Assembly: GCF_006345805.1 (NCBI RefSeq)
Contig: NC_043015.1
Location: forward strand, 25,234,001-25,298,000
Origin: Octopus sinensis
Lineage: Eukaryota
Direction: 5' to 3'
Length of the DNA stretch: 64,000 bases
This document shows, piece by piece, positions 13,078 through 27,080 of the stretch. The translations under genes and the position numbers were made by a program. The notes below the pieces were generated by a model. That model was not told the DNA's origin. It searched no databases and saw only the letters and a program-made list of their open reading frames with translations. Positions within the stretch are counted from its first letter, which is position 1. Every line of letters starts with the position of its first letter.

Positions 13078-13855
13078 CAAAATAAGCAACAGGATATCAC
13101 GTAGTAATGCAGTATGACCATTTCAAGTGGCCCCATTTAATTGAATAATTCAATTATTACATCAATTTAAATGCACAAATAAATAAATGGAATTGTAACA
13201 AGTAGGACACATTAATATGATTTTTCTTAAATATTTTGACAGACCAAGAGGATGGAAAAAAGTGAGTTGACAGCTCATGGTTAGGTATGGTCATGAATAT
13301 TGTCATATGTATCTCTTTTCTCTAGGGAGGAAATAAGACATTAGGAGTCATTTGGTTATAAGTAACTGTCTATAAAAAGAGGCAGGGTAGGGGTAGACTT
13401 TAAATCATTATATTAATTACCAGTTAAAGGGGCAAGATGCTAAGAAACTTAAGATGTTAATACAGAAGAAATTTTATTTAGGGTCACTATGGGGGAATGT
13501 TCATAAACAATATTGTTATGTTGTATATAAATATATATTGATATCTAACAGAAGTGACAGGGTGACTCTTGAATACTAAGTCATTCTGTTACTTCTGCTA
13601 GGAATTAATAAATATATAAGTAAATGTAGGGATAAGCAAGTTAGACTGATCAATATATAAAATGTATTAAATACATGAAATACAAAAAATGTATATATGT
13701 ATACATATAAAAGAGAATTAATGAGGATGAGGAACAGTATTACAAATTCGACAGCTGTTTCATTTCCTTACATTACCTGCACAAGTTTAAACCCTTGAGT
13801 GCTACTAAGTGCATTCTATTACAAAGAGCATTTGCATCTCATCTATGAACTATAA

Positions 13856-14226
13856 GGAGCAGGAGTAGCTGTGTGGTAAGAAGCTTGCTTCCCAACCACA
13901 TGGTTCCAGGTTCAGTCCCACTGCATGGCAACTTGGGCAAGTGTCTTCTACTATAGCCTAGGGCCAACCAAAACCTTGTGAGTAGATATGGTAGATGGAA
14001 ACTGAAAGAAGCCTGTTGTATATATATGTGTGTGTGTTTGTTTGTTCCCTCACCATCACTTGATAACTGATGTTGGTGTGTTTACATCCCCATAACTTAG
14101 CAGTTTGGCAAAAGAGACTGATAGAATAAGAACCAGGCTTACAAAGAATAAGTCCTGGGCTGATTTGTTCGACTAAAGGCAGTGCTCCAGCATGGCTGCA
14201 GTCAAAGGACAATCAGGTAAAAGAAT
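13856..14226 (+). mobile_element. tRNA-derived SINE (family 1), full length
   Basis: Head ggagtagctgtgtggtaag...ggttcagtccc, internal (TA/TG)n, tail ggcagtgctccagcatggctgcagtc; other copies at 38.4, 39.6, 42.5 and 52.7 kb. Confidence 0.85.
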
Positions 14227-14270
14227 ATAAATATATATGTATGTATATACGGCAGGGGAGAATTGAGTAA

Positions 14271-15818
14271 TTTCTAAGCACTGTTGGAAAGACCCTTGCC
14301 CACATTATCCTGGCCAGGCTACAACTACTTGCTTCTCGAATCTTCTCGAATCTGGAATCGCAGTGTGGCTTTAGAAGAAGCAGAACAACTATCGATATGA
14401 TATTCTCCATACGCCAACTTCAGGAGAAGTCCAGAGAGCAGAGAATGCCATTATATATGGCCTTCATTGATCTAACAAAGGCTTTTGACTCGGTAAGCAG
14501 AACAGGCCTCTTCACCCTGCTCCAAAAAATCGGATGTCCACCAAAGCTGCTGAGGATCATCAAGTCTTTCCATGATGACATGCAAGGCACCATACAGCAC
14601 AACGGTTCAACATCAGCCGCCTTCCAAATAAAAAACAGGGTAAAGCAAGGTTGTGTCCTCGCTCCTACATTGTTTGGCATCTTCTTCTCGCTCTTACTCT
14701 CACATGCCTTTCAGACATCAGATGATGGAGTGTTTCTGCACAGTAGAAGTGACGGGAAACTGTTCAATCTCTCGCGCCTGCGTGCCAAGACCAAAATCAG
14801 AAACGTCCTGATCAAGGAGATGCTATTTGCTGATGATGCTGCTCTGGTATCACACACAGAAGAAGCCCTCCAAAGGCTCATTAATTGTTTTGAGCAATCA
14901 TGTAACAACTTTGGCTTAGCTATCAGCCTTAAGAAGATTAACATCATGGGTCAGGCTACATCGGACATCCCAAACATACATATTGGAGACCACAGATTAC
15001 AAGAGGTGGAGAAGTTTACCTATCTGGGCTCTACAGTCACCTACAACCTATCCCTTGACGCTGAGCTCAATATACACATTGGCAAGGCAGCTGCTGCGAT
15101 GGCCCAACTCTCCAAACAGGCTTGGGACAACAATAAGCTGACCAAGACCACGAAAATGAAGATCTACCAGGCATGTGTACTTAGCACTCTACTGTATGGA
15201 AGTGAGACTTGGACGCTATACACATGCCAAGAGTGTCGCCTAAACATCTTTCACCTGCGCTGCCTCCGAAAAATCCTCCGCATCAAATGGCAGAATCATA
15301 TCCCCAACAAAGATGTCCTCAGACAAGCAGGAATACCAAGCATGTTTGCACTCTTCACACAAAGACGTATGAGATGGCTTGGGCATGTTAGCCGTATGAA
15401 AGATGGCAGAATCCCCAAGGACATACTCTACGGAGAGCTTGCTAGGGGTACCAGGTCTGTGAGTAGACCACTCTTACGTTACAAGGATGTTTGCAAAAGG
15501 GACATAAAGGCCTGCAACATCAATATTAGCGGTTGGGAGGCGGTTGCCGGCAACCGTGGAGACTGGCAAGAGAGGGAATACAAAGGAGTGACAGAGAAAG
15601 AGAGGAGAAATGGAAAGAGAAGAAAAGACGTCAACAAGAAACTATGGCATTACAACCAGCCAGGAACAGTCTTCGCTACATTTGCGGTACCTGCCAGAGG
15701 GAGTGTTTGTCCAGGATAGGACTACACATCCACAGCAGGAAATGTATCAGGACATGAAATGTAAAAGCCAGACTAGACTACTTTATGCGCAACTCCATTG
15801 TCTCCCGAGACAAAAAGG
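14271..15818 (+). mobile_element. 5'-truncated RTE (BovB-like) LINE: RT domain and C-terminal Zn-finger-like motif
   Basis: Open frame 14271-15719 with ESQCGFR, AFIDLTKAFDSVSR, VKQGCVLAPTLF, MLFADDA, WLGHVSRM. A frameshift near 15560-15575 leads to CGTCQRECLSRIGLHIHSRKC* (15757); a short 3' UTR follows. Confidence 0.95.
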
Positions 15819-18800
15819 ATGCCAACAATATACGGCAGTACTGTAAATATATCAAGCAAAATACCTTCTGGTATTTGGTTGCCTGTTTTAATCCCTCCCT
15901 TGATTACTGATTTCCTCCTTGCTGGAGTAATAATTTCAATACAAGTTGATAAGCAATTATGCAACAGAAAATTGGTTAAAGATCACTTCTCTCTCTGACC
16001 CCCAAACATCGATTAATGCTCCTTTCAGTTGACCTTGTTATCCCTTCTTTACCATTTGTGGACACACAAGCTACATTTGGTGACATACAGACATACAGTA
16101 AGCATTCAGAAATAACTAGAAAATCATGCATTTAACATTTCCCTTTTGAAAGAGGAAAAAAATTTGTACTTCAACATTTGCTTAAAAATTGACGAGAAAA
16201 TTAATTTAAATCAAATTTACTGAATTAATTAGTAGCTGAGAATTAACAATATTCTCAGTTTAACTACGCAAATAAATGAATAAATAAATTAATTAAATGA
16301 AAAAAAAAAGAAAAAAACTAGAATTTATTGGCTGACATTCTATTGTCTAAAAACAAAAAAAAAAATTTTTATTTTTAAAAATTAACCATTTCTTATTTGG
16401 ATGTCTTAAAATGGATGAGAAAAGAATTACAGTTGAATTTATGCATTTGTGACAACTGTAGCGACACTAGCTGACTGACTGGCAATCAAGCTTATATGTG
16501 GTAGAGAAGGTCTACTCGTTTGTTTTTGTCAATGGTTTTAACCAAAAAAAATGTGGTTTCCACAAAAACTTTATAGAAAATTATTTTACTAGCAAGACAT
16601 ATATGGTTGGTGCTCAGTTTAAATAGGAAATCAGCTGAGTCATTACTTCATTTGACTTCCTGCACTCTATGTTCAAATCCTGCCAGGATCAAATTTGTCT
16701 CTTATCCTTTTGGTAGCAGCAAAAATTACTGATTTGAGATCGTGAATTAGCAGAAGTTTGACCACTGTTAAATAGGAAACCTTGTGACATTGGTTCCAGC
16801 TTTTTTTGTGTTCTAACCACAACAGTGGTGCTAAGCTGTATCACACTTATGGTAAGGGTTTTCTCTTGGAGGACTTACTTTCAGGAAAGAGAAACTCTTT
16901 GTCCAGGCCTGTGTATACAAGCACAGATACAAGATGAATTCTGACTGGTGAAGGCCCTTAGCTGCTCAGTTTATACATTTGTAAGTCAATGTTTTCAGGA
17001 GAAATGTAGACAGTAACAGGAAGGAAATTTCATGTGATTGATCTTCTAAGAAAGAAAAATTGTGCAGAAGCAGTTCATGAACAGAATCTATAAGAGGGAG
17101 AGGTAGAGTGTGGGTGATGACAGGGAGTAGTGGGTGTGTCAGTTGAGCCTAGATAGAGGCAGCAGCTCACTAAGGAGTGTAAGGTGTCATAGTGACAGAA
17201 GCGACAAAAGACTGGAATATGAGATGAATTAGGAAGGACCTGTGAATAAATTACAACAGTTGGCACCAAAAATGAGACACTTTTATTCAGAATCATCACA
17301 GTCATCAATTTAACATCCACTTTTTCAACTTTGTAAGAGTTTATAGAATTTTTGGGGGACAGGATATTTATTGCCAGAGGTTCTTTCTGTTGCCAACTCT
17401 TACCTGTTTCCCAGGTAAGCTGATATTTTCCTTCATCTTTCACATATTTTCACAGACAATTGGAAATACATGACACTACTTCAGATGGTAATGTCAGTTT
17501 AAAACTACCACATGATGGGAAGACAAAAGAGAAACACAAGGAAATGTTACACTAAATCTATCTGCTACATTTGTCAATTGACCACAGAATTAGATGCATT
17601 CTATAGGTTCGTTATATATGGTATCTAGGCAACCACATCTATGAAGACAACCTCGTTCACCAGTTGGCTGTTTCTATCATACCACCTCATTTTGCTAATA
17701 GACAACCACATTCTACCATGTAGTTAGATGCTACTATGCATGTTCAGCCAAACGATGCTCTGCTTTTTGACTAAAAGACAGATTGAATAATGTTGTTACT
17801 AATGCACTGTGTCTGAAAAACTAAACAAGTGAAAAAAACAAGCTGGATGGTCCCAGTTGGAATAACTTTTATCATATGTCTCCTCTAAATAACTACAAAA
17901 CATTCACAATGGCATAATGCCAGGCAGTTTCCATATACCAGACAAACTCCTTACACAACAAAATTATACCAGGCAGTCTACTGCGATGGTCAATTTAATT
18001 CAATAGCCAAGTGTCATTCTTCAAACAAGAAACATTAATATCTTCATTGTACTAGATAACCTTATGCAACAAGAAAATCATTCCATAAGGTATTCTATCT
18101 GGCAGTCACATTACCAGACAACCCCTCTAAGTCAGAGCAGATAGCATCTTACAACTTACCAAGCAATCTCCTCTAATTCTTTGCAGAAGAAAATTAAAGA
18201 ATTATATTTAATGATGATGCCAATACATTTTCTGGTGAACTTGTTGCTTTACTGTAAAACCAACAACTCAACACCTGGAATTTTCACCAAGAATTAATTC
18301 ACAAGTTCTGCTAAAAATTGTTGCAAACAAATTTAGTTATACAAGCTTTTAATACAATAAAAGCCACTGATTTGCCGCAGTAACCTGAATAATTACAAAG
18401 ACAGCATGTGTGTGTGTGTGAGGAACAAAAAGCTGTGAGTCCGAAGGTGCTAGACTGCTTGATTTCATTAGGTCATAACTTCAAATATTTACTGTGTAAC
18501 ACCTTTCGAAAGGACATACAACATCAAATTGCCTTTTTAATAACTCTGCAAGCACTTTCATTTCATAGACGAAAGCAAAGAACATTATAATTATAATGAA
18601 TGAGGAAACAAAACAAAAACCGATTAACCTTGCTTCAAATGAAGTCACTTCTCTGTCTCAAGTTTGTAAATAATCAAGAATGTTGTGGGATTTATTGAAA
18701 TCACTTTATATGTTCATCTCTGAGTTGGTGTTTCGAATAACACTTAAACAAAAGCAAGTCATCATCATCATCCTCATCATCATCATCCTCATCATCATCA

Positions 18801-19239
18801 TTTAATGTCTGTTCTTCAAGCTGGAAAGAATTGACAGGGGCTGGCAAGCCAGAGGACCATGCCAAGTTCCAATGTCTGCTTTGGTCTGTTTTCTTCGGCT
18901 GGATGTCTTTCCTAATGCCGACCAGTTTACAGTGTGTACCAAGTGCTTTATATGTGATACCAGTACTAGTATAACCTCAAATGAGTTGGTGTGATGGGGT
19001 GGGGAATGTAGTATGGAGGGAGGAGGCTTTATTCTAGGTGAGGAGTGGTTTAGAGTGTGATAGGAGGCAGGGAGAGGAAAAGATCCATCTTATTGTAAGG
19101 AAGATACATGGTCACCCCAGTTAGAGGGGAAGGAAGAGGATGGTGGTGAAGATGTGTCAGGGCATAACCTCAAGGTTATGTAAGAAAAGTAAGAGCAGTG
19201 GTATGGGTGGGAATGTGAGTGGTGAACATGGGTGGAATC

Positions 19240-19660
19240 AAGGTTAGTCATTCATCTTTTCGAGGGCAAAGAGGAGGAAGTAGGTATGGGTCAAGGAAGT
19301 AAGAGGTGACACCAAGAAGGGGTAAAGTGAATGGGGGTGGTGTGTGAAATGCACAGTGAAATCAGAGGTAGATGAGGGAAGAAGTGGTGAGAGGATGACA
19401 GGGGTAGCATAGGGATATCTGCAGCTGCTACTGCTGGCAAAATTAAGGGTGTACAAGTGAAGGGGAGGTGAAAGGAGTATAGAGTGGAATGACAGGGAAA
19501 GGAATGATATGAAGAGTGAGTGTAGAAGGAAGTAGTCTCCTAATTACAGCAACTGGGTAGATAGTTCTGCCATGAGAAAGATGATGGACACGTGGTTGAG
19601 TTGTAGAAAGGGTGGATGATAGGAAAATGGGCTTTTGCGGGTGCTTCGTCAAGGAGGGAT
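19240..19660 (-). mobile_element. Possible highly decayed LINE 3' region
   Basis: C/T-rich minus strand with YRYPY...HPHSL weakly resembling LINE ORF2 C-termini; no diagnostic motif. Confidence 0.25.
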
Positions 19661-21559
19661 TGGGTTTAAGGGATGGGAGAGAGGTTTAGATTGGGTGCAG
19701 GGGGAATAAACATAGGCGACATGCATTTAGGGCCTCATTTTTTCTGAAGCGGATGGGTTTTCTTGAGCACAACAAACAGCCATGGATCTCAATCTTTTGT
19801 TTTTACCTCTGAAGCATTGCACATCCGGTAGAGTTAAATTCCTCTGCTACGACCAGTGGCACTATGATAAATAAGGTGGGTGTGTGTGCTTGAGAACCAA
19901 GCTTGTGTCCTATAGTTCATGAGCTTGTTCCTTTGCCATACTTCAGCCTTTCAATTCCTGGCATATAGCCGCCTCCCCATCTTCCACCTCACCCACTTAC
20001 TATGAGAAGTTCTTTCCATTTCCTCTGTTCTTTTCTTTTTTGTTTTTTGTCTTGCAAGATACATGGCGACCTCACAAGTGCTGGTGGCATGAAGAAAAGG
20101 CATCCACAACACACTGTAATATGGTTGACATTAGGAAGGGCACCTAGCAGTAGAAACCATGCCAAACCTGATGCTAGAATTTGGTACAGCCCTTCCATTC
20201 ACTATCTCCAGTTAAACCATCCAACCCATATTAGCTTGGAAGCAGATGTTAAGTGATGATAATGACAGGCATCTACAGTTGGTTGGCCAAAGGTTATAGC
20301 AGAAGATGCTTGCCCAGGGGGTCGGGCACTGGAACCGAACCAAAATCCACATTGTTGCAAAGCTAGTGTCCTAACTACCTGACCATTCCTGCTGAAAAAT
20401 CATTACAGAATACAACAACCTATGATATTTTTATAAAAGGAAAAAACTTAATCAAAAAAAGTTATAGATAAGTCTGTGCTCCAGCATGGCCACAATCAAA
20501 TGACTGAAACAAGTAAAAGAATAAAAGAATACCCTTAGTAAGAGATTTTCACAGCTGCAGTTTCTTTGATCATAGATCTTCTCAATTAAACATCAATAAC
20601 AACAACAGCAACAGAAACCTAATGATGATGAGTATCATATTAGTTGAAACCAAAGTGTAGATGTAGATAATCTAAATTTACAAATACAAGCTCCAAAGAG
20701 GTTAATAGCTTGAGCAATTATAAGTTTATAAAACAGAACTTATTCTCTTAAAACCCATTTCCCCCAGAGTATTAACATAAAACAAATATAAAAGAATATT
20801 TAAAAATAAAAATAATAGACATTAGTAGTTAGTCACTAACCATCTTTTTCCACACTTTTCTTTCAATGTAATGTTTTCCTATTTTTTTTTATTTTTTTTT
20901 ACAAAGAGAATTAAGAAACAGAAAAGAAAAGAAAAGCCTTTTTTTTATAGCTGTCTTCAATAGAAGCCAAAGAGAAACAAATTTTAGTGTTTCTTTTGTG
21001 TTAGCAAAAACTAGCATTAATAAAGATGATACAATAGCCGCTTTCATCATCATCATCACCATCATCATCTTCTACAACTCTACCACCACCACCACCATCC
21101 CCTTCAACTCCACAACCATCACAATCACCACCGTTATTATCATTATTCTGATTAGCTTTAGCCATCCTCCCCACCCCTGGTTAATACCATTTACAGAAGA
21201 ATCAAATATAATGATTCTCACAGAAACAAAAACCGGTAAAGTGCACAACTAATTCAACTATAAATTGTTTTTAAGACTTTCTTTTTTAAACACCTCAAGA
21301 GTATTAGTTCATTCGTTGCTTTTTTCCACGGTAACAATGGCAGCAGCAGCAGCAGTGGTGGTGGTGGCAGTTGCAGCAGTAATAACAGTGGTGATAGTCT
21401 TTGCTTTTTCCCGTTTTTGTTATTTTTAAAATTAATCATTTTTAAGCACTTCTTGTATTGAAATTCTATGTTAAATGGGGCAGTTTTAGTTTAAAAGATG
21501 CCAGAACCTTATCAAATGAAAGCAAACTGGTTGACCAGAGATATGGGAATGACCAAATT

Positions 21560-21830
21560 TTATCCTCTCCGTTTCTGTATCCATCCATCTTCTGCATCCA
21601 TTATTCCTGCCAATGTCTTAGGAGTAGTATTTCAGGAACCTCCCCCATAAAGTCCTATCAGAAGGATACTTTCCAACCAGGATTCTAAAGCATGACCAAT
21701 CAAGACTATGGATATTATCCAGTCATCTCATTCTTGGTCCCCCAATGGTTGGCTCAGCTTTAAGAATCCCTGCTGTGATTTTTTCCTGTTGCTTCTTTGC
21801 TTTGAGAGGTTATAGCTCCAGTGCTTTACA
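21560..21830 (-). mobile_element. Degenerate RTE LINE 3' fragment
   Basis: Minus frame reads ILKAEPTIGGPRMR*LDNIHSLDWSCFRI, resembling the GRPR.RW.D motif. Confidence 0.45.
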
Positions 21831-22364
21831 CGTGATTAGAATGGCACAGGAAATAATTCTTTAAGTATTTCACAAAAAATACAATATTAGATTTCCTCCC
21901 TGACATTCTCCATGGAATTATAGTTTCTAATAACTTTTAGATTTTCTTTTTCCTTCTTTTTTTAACGAAATATTGGTTTCAAATTTTGGCACAAGGCCAG
22001 CAATGTCGCAAGAAGTGGAGTAAAACTATTACATCAACCCTGGTGTTCAACTGGTAGAAAGTAGGAAAGGCAAAGTCGACCTCAACAGAGTTTGAACTCA
22101 GAACATAAAAAGCCAGACAATATTCCATTAAACATTTGGCCCAGTGTGTTAGCAATTCTGCCAAACACTAAATCAATTGAGGAAGCCACACCAAACTTTG
22201 GGAGACTTGAGTTCAGTAATACATATATACTTTGTTTTCCTTATTAATAGTATTATCAGATACATCATTGCTGTTTTGGGCCAATAAAAAGTATTATTAT
22301 TATTATTATTATTATCATCATCAGCATCATTATCATTATTATTATCATTATTATTATTATTATT

Positions 22365-22722
22365 GTTATATTAAAAACTCACAGTTTATTTTTGCCAGCA
22401 GACCAAGGTGACTCTTGTTTACTGGTCATGCTTCAAGAACCCTGCAAAGAATTCTTGCAGTTCCAAGCAATGCTGATTTTTGTAGGTGTTCTACCTTCAC
22501 ACTTGCACCAATCTTTTTCAGCCATGTTGGTAGTTGAGTTCCAATACTTCCAAGTGCACCAATTACTATTGATATCACGTCTACTCTTTTCATTGACCAC
22601 ACCCTTCGTATTTTCCGCTTCAAATCGTCATAGTTGTTTATTCTTTCTTCTTCTTTCACAATGATCCTGTTGTCAAAGGGGAATGCTATGTTGATAATCA
22701 TACATGTACTTTCTTTTTTTAA
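22365..22722 (-). mobile_element. R4/Dong-type LINE 3' fragment A
   Basis: ORF 22426-22701: IINIAFPFD...YDDLK.KIRRVW...IVIGALGSI...LQKSALLGTARIL; (ATT)n on both sides. Confidence 0.9.
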
Positions 22723-22749
22723 TAATAATAATTCCTTGAAATAATAATA

Positions 22750-22782
<33 letters not shown>

Positions 22783-22783
<1 letters not shown>

Positions 22784-23627
22784 TATGTTTGACTTTTGCT
22801 TTACATTTGCACAAGCTGGCTCCAAGTCTCACCCAGAGACCTCAAGAGACAACAAGTTGGAAGTTCATGTTGGTGTTATGCCTAGGGTGCCATATATTTG
22901 ATTTTGTACTTAGTGTTGTACTAGTGAATGCCTAAAAAAAAACATACGAAAATTATGTTTGTTTTAAACCTTGAGATTACAAAGAAAGTATTTTGCATAG
23001 GATATGAGTAGTTCCCATGAGCATTATCTTTTGAATTTCTGCCATTTTGGGGTTTCCAGGTATCTGAGTTAGGTAGCAATCAGCCCCTTTTGCTATCATT
23101 CCCAGGGCACCTATGACAACAGGTATTGTTTTAGTCTTCAGGTTCCACATTTTGCTGATTTCTATTTCAACATCTTTATATTTGCTCAGTTTCTGGTAGG
23201 TCTTGACAGATACGTTTATATCAATTGGGACAGTCATATCAATGAAGAGGCATGTTTTTTGTCTGAAGTCTTTCAATATAATGTCTGGCCAATTCGCATC
23301 TATCTTTCTGTCAGTTTGAATGGGGAAGTTCCAGAGGAGTGAGATGTGGTCATTTTCAAGCAATGGAGGTGGTTTGTGTTCCCACCAGTTTTTATCATGG
23401 GGCAAGTCCAGGCTTCTGCAAATTACCCAGTGAATATATTGTGCAGCTCTATCATGCCTGTTAAGATACTCTGTAGGCGCAAGAAGACTGCACTTGGAGA
23501 CAACATGATCAATGGTTTCATTTTGTTGTTGAAATACATGGCATGTTGGGCTACTGCCGTTCTTTAATATGTTGGCCTGGTAGTTCCTTGTAGGTAGGCA
23601 TTGATCTTGAGCTGCTATGATAAACCC
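22783..23627 (-). mobile_element. R4/Dong-type LINE 3' fragment B with uninterrupted 217-codon frame
   Basis: Frame 23627 to 22977: GFIIAAQDQCLPTRNY...CHVFQQQNETIDHVVSKC (Zn-knuckle-like)...ANWPDIILKD...FIDMTVP...KYKD...GALG; 3' UTR ends in (AAT)n; 5' end abuts TAA repeats. Confidence 0.93.
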
Positions 23628-23654
23628 TTATTATTATTATTGCTATCTTTTTTC

Positions 23655-23895
23655 TTCTTCTTTCAAATTTGCTTCCATTTCTTGCCGAGTGTCTTCCCGA
23701 CTCCTAGGGCAAAGAAACTCATAGTATACATTGGTAGGCCATTAAACTAAACTCACTAGTTCATTCATTTTTTTTTTTTAAAGTTAAATTAAAATACATG
23801 GGTAGTAATAGTTCTCACATCGACAATGCTCTTCTCAATACGTGTGATGTACCAGTTAAGACAATCTTTTGCACTTCTTGCAGGGATGGTAAGCC

Positions 23896-23897
<2 letters not shown>
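23655..23897 (-). mobile_element. R4/Dong-type LINE 3' fragment C
   Basis: GLPSLQEVQKIVLTGTSHVLRRALSM* plus a 3' UTR matching the 7.05-7.46 kb copy. Confidence 0.8.
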
Positions 23898-23946
<49 letters not shown>

Positions 23947-23993
23947 CATTATTATTATTATTATCATTATTATTATTATTATCATTATTATTA

Positions 23994-24038
<45 letters not shown>

Positions 24039-24184
24039 CATATAACAGTTCAAAATTTGATAGATTGAGGCAAATTTCTACTGCATCACCTGCTTCATCT
24101 CTGTGTTGCTGGAGAGTGCAGCATTGTATGTTCTTTTCTGCTGTTAGGAGAGTGCAAACACACCCCTGTACTATATTGTGCTAG

Positions 24185-25590
24185 CTTTTTTTTGCCTTGA
24201 GGTGTGTTGGAGTTTATTTCATTGAGTAAATGCTATATAGAGTGTGTTTTGTTTTTGCAGGTTTTGTTTAGGTGGTATTATTGGATTGATAGAGTCTTGT
24301 GTAGGATGTGTTCCTAGCAGGGATATTTCTTGGACAGTGTGTAGTGTTGAGGATCTGGGTATAGTAACTTGTACATTTTTGTTTATACAATTTTTTATCA
24401 TGCCCAATGCTCCAATTATTATTAGTTTTGTTTTCACCTTCATGCCCCACATTTTGAATACTTCAATGTCGAGGTCTTTTTACTTTGACAATTTCTCCTC
24501 TTCATTTTTGACAATATTTTGACCAGAAAGGGCTGCAATGTCTATTAGTAAGTAGGTGCTCTTTTTCTAATCCTTGACTATTATGTCTGGGTGATTAGCT
24601 TTTATTTCTTTGTCAGTTTGAATAGACACATCCCAGATGATTGTGGCCTGGTTGTTGTCATGTACCTTGTTCGGCACATGCTTATACCATTTATTATCAG
24701 TTTTTATGTTGTAGTGTTGGCATATTGTCCAATGGATATAACTATTTACTCATTCATGTTTATATATATATATTCAGATTTGGTAAGGACTGTACAGCCA
24801 GAAAAGATGTGCTCAACTGACTTATTGTGCTGGTTGCACATTCTGCATTTGACCTGTTTTCATTATTTTGCTTTTATAGTTGTTTGTAGTCAGGCATTGG
24901 TCTTGTGCAGTGAGAATCAGTCCCCCTGTTTCAGCTTTTAATTCTGAGCTTTTGTTAGTTTTTACCTGTGCTCACTTCTTCCCTGTCAAGCCTTGCTGGG
25001 TATTGGCCATGGAGTGATTTTTCTCTCCATTTCTTCTTTAGTATGTTTTGTAGTTGTGTTTCTATGTTGATCTTTGTCTCTTTGACCATTTTTGCTATGT
25101 TGCCATATGAGATCAGTGTATTAGAGTAGTTTGTTTCTGTTTTGTATTTTGTTGCCTCCTTGTGTATAGGGAAAACCATTTTCTTTTTCTCGTGTTCCTT
25201 TATTACATGTAGTAGTCTTCCACTTATTGTTTCTAAGTACTTTTCTAGTCCAGCTATTATTTTTTTATAGCAGTTCTCTATCTGTGTCAAACCATGGCCT
25301 CTTTTGAGTGGGGTAGATACATTCAGTCTGCATTTGCTTTGGAGCGGTGACTTCAGTGCACTGTTAGTAGATTTCTGGTCTCTCTATCGAGGTTTCTCAA
25401 TTCACTTAGCATTAATTTCAGTGTTTAATATTAGTCTAACTCTTCTGTAATACTCTCTCCTAGTTTTCTTTTTCCTTTTTGTGTGTTGTATTTTAGCTGT
25501 TTCTTCTGTTCCTAGATATTTGTATGATCGGTTGGGGTCTAATTCTCTAATTTCTGTGTCTATGGCAAGTGCAGTGTTTCAGTGCTGAAT
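24185..25590 (-). mobile_element. R4/Dong-type LINE fragment D (longer, decayed)
   Basis: KKWREKSLHGQYP; GLILTAQDQCLTTNNY; CRMCNQHNKSVEHIFSGC (CCHC); IIWDVSIQTDKEIKANHPDI; IIIGALGMI. Confidence 0.88.
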
Positions 25591-25699
25591 AATTTGCCTT
25601 TTTATCGTTCAAGCATCTGACAAGCAAATCCGTGGTATTTAGCAGAATATTTGTGTAGCTCATCTTTTATAACAAGACAAAACAATGTACATGATAACA

Positions 25700-26123
25700 C
25701 TTCACCTGTCACTGCATTCTGAGTCCAAATTCCATCAGGGTCGACTTTACCTTCCATCTTTCTAGGGTCAATAAAATAAATACCAGCTGAACACTGGGGT
25801 CAATGTAATTGACTCATCCTCTCTCCAAAAACTGCTGTCCTTGTGGCAAAATTTGAAACCATCATCATCATCATCATTATTATTATTATCATCATTCTTA
25901 TCATTATTTAAGGTGGTGTGCTGGCAGAATCATTAGCATGCCAAGCAAAATGCTTAGCAGTGTTTTGTCTGCTGCTACATTCTGAGTTCAAATTTCACTG
26001 AGGTTGACTTTGCCTTTCATCCTTTCGGGGTCGATAAATTAAGTACCAGTGAAACACTGGGGTCAATGTAATCGACTAGTCCCTTCCCCAAAAATTTCAG
26101 GCCTTGTGCTTTTAGTAGAAAGG

Positions 26124-26125
<2 letters not shown>
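25700..26125 (+). mobile_element. Two tandem Nin/Deu-like SINE copies separated by (ATC/ATT)n
   Basis: Both carry ctttcatcctttcggggtcgataaattaagtaccag...ctggggtcaatgtaat. Confidence 0.75.
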
Positions 26126-26176
<51 letters not shown>

Positions 26177-26989
26177 CATTATTATTATTATTATTCTCAT
26201 CATCACCAGAGTTTCTTTTCCCACCTCAATCATCATTATTGTCATCATCAATATTACTTTCAGCAAAAGGTAGAACACAAATGCAAACACCACCAAAGAA
26301 CAAAGAAAAAAACCCAGAAATAATATAATTTATAATCATTATATTATAACAATGACACTATTAGAGAGAGAGAGAGAGAGAGAGAGAGGGAATAAATTCA
26401 TAACAAATTTCTGTTAGGAACAAAACTAGTTTAATTCTCGTTTAAGGTTTTGATTTCATTACTAAAATTAAAACTTTTTTCACTTTTTATTTCATTCAAT
26501 TTCTGTTGATTCTTAAATTAATTCAATTTATTCATTTCTTTTTATTCATTAATTCTATTCTTACTGACTATAATTGTGTGTGTTGTATACATAAATATAT
26601 ATACACACATATATATATATACACACACCTATATAGATAGATAGATATATAGATATATGTGTATGTATGTGCATGTATATGTATGTATGTGCATGTATAT
26701 GTATGTATGTGTATATGTATATATATACACACACATATGCACATACACAGATAGAGCATGCATCTACAACTTCCTGGGAGAGTTACATGAATAGAGTTTT
26801 CAAGTGTGCTTCCAAGCATTCTCTTTAGAGCAAATCTCACTTAAAGACATTCAATAAATCAAACAGACCACTGAAGGCAAGATTTTTCCTTTTCCAAAGA
26901 ACTCACACAATTAATAATTCTTTTAATTTGAATTTTACAGCAAATAAATTAAAGATGTGGGTTTCTTTAAAAATTTAAAGCAAGAAATC

Positions 26990-27048
26990 TTGTATTCCTA
27001 AGTGCATGTATGAGAATGTGTGTGTGTGTGCATATATACACGTACACA

Positions 27049-27080
<32 letters not shown>

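Noticed and set aside
17075-17443. 122-aa minus-strand ORF in unique sequence
   Set aside because: No recognisable domain, no partner exons, and unremarkable composition.
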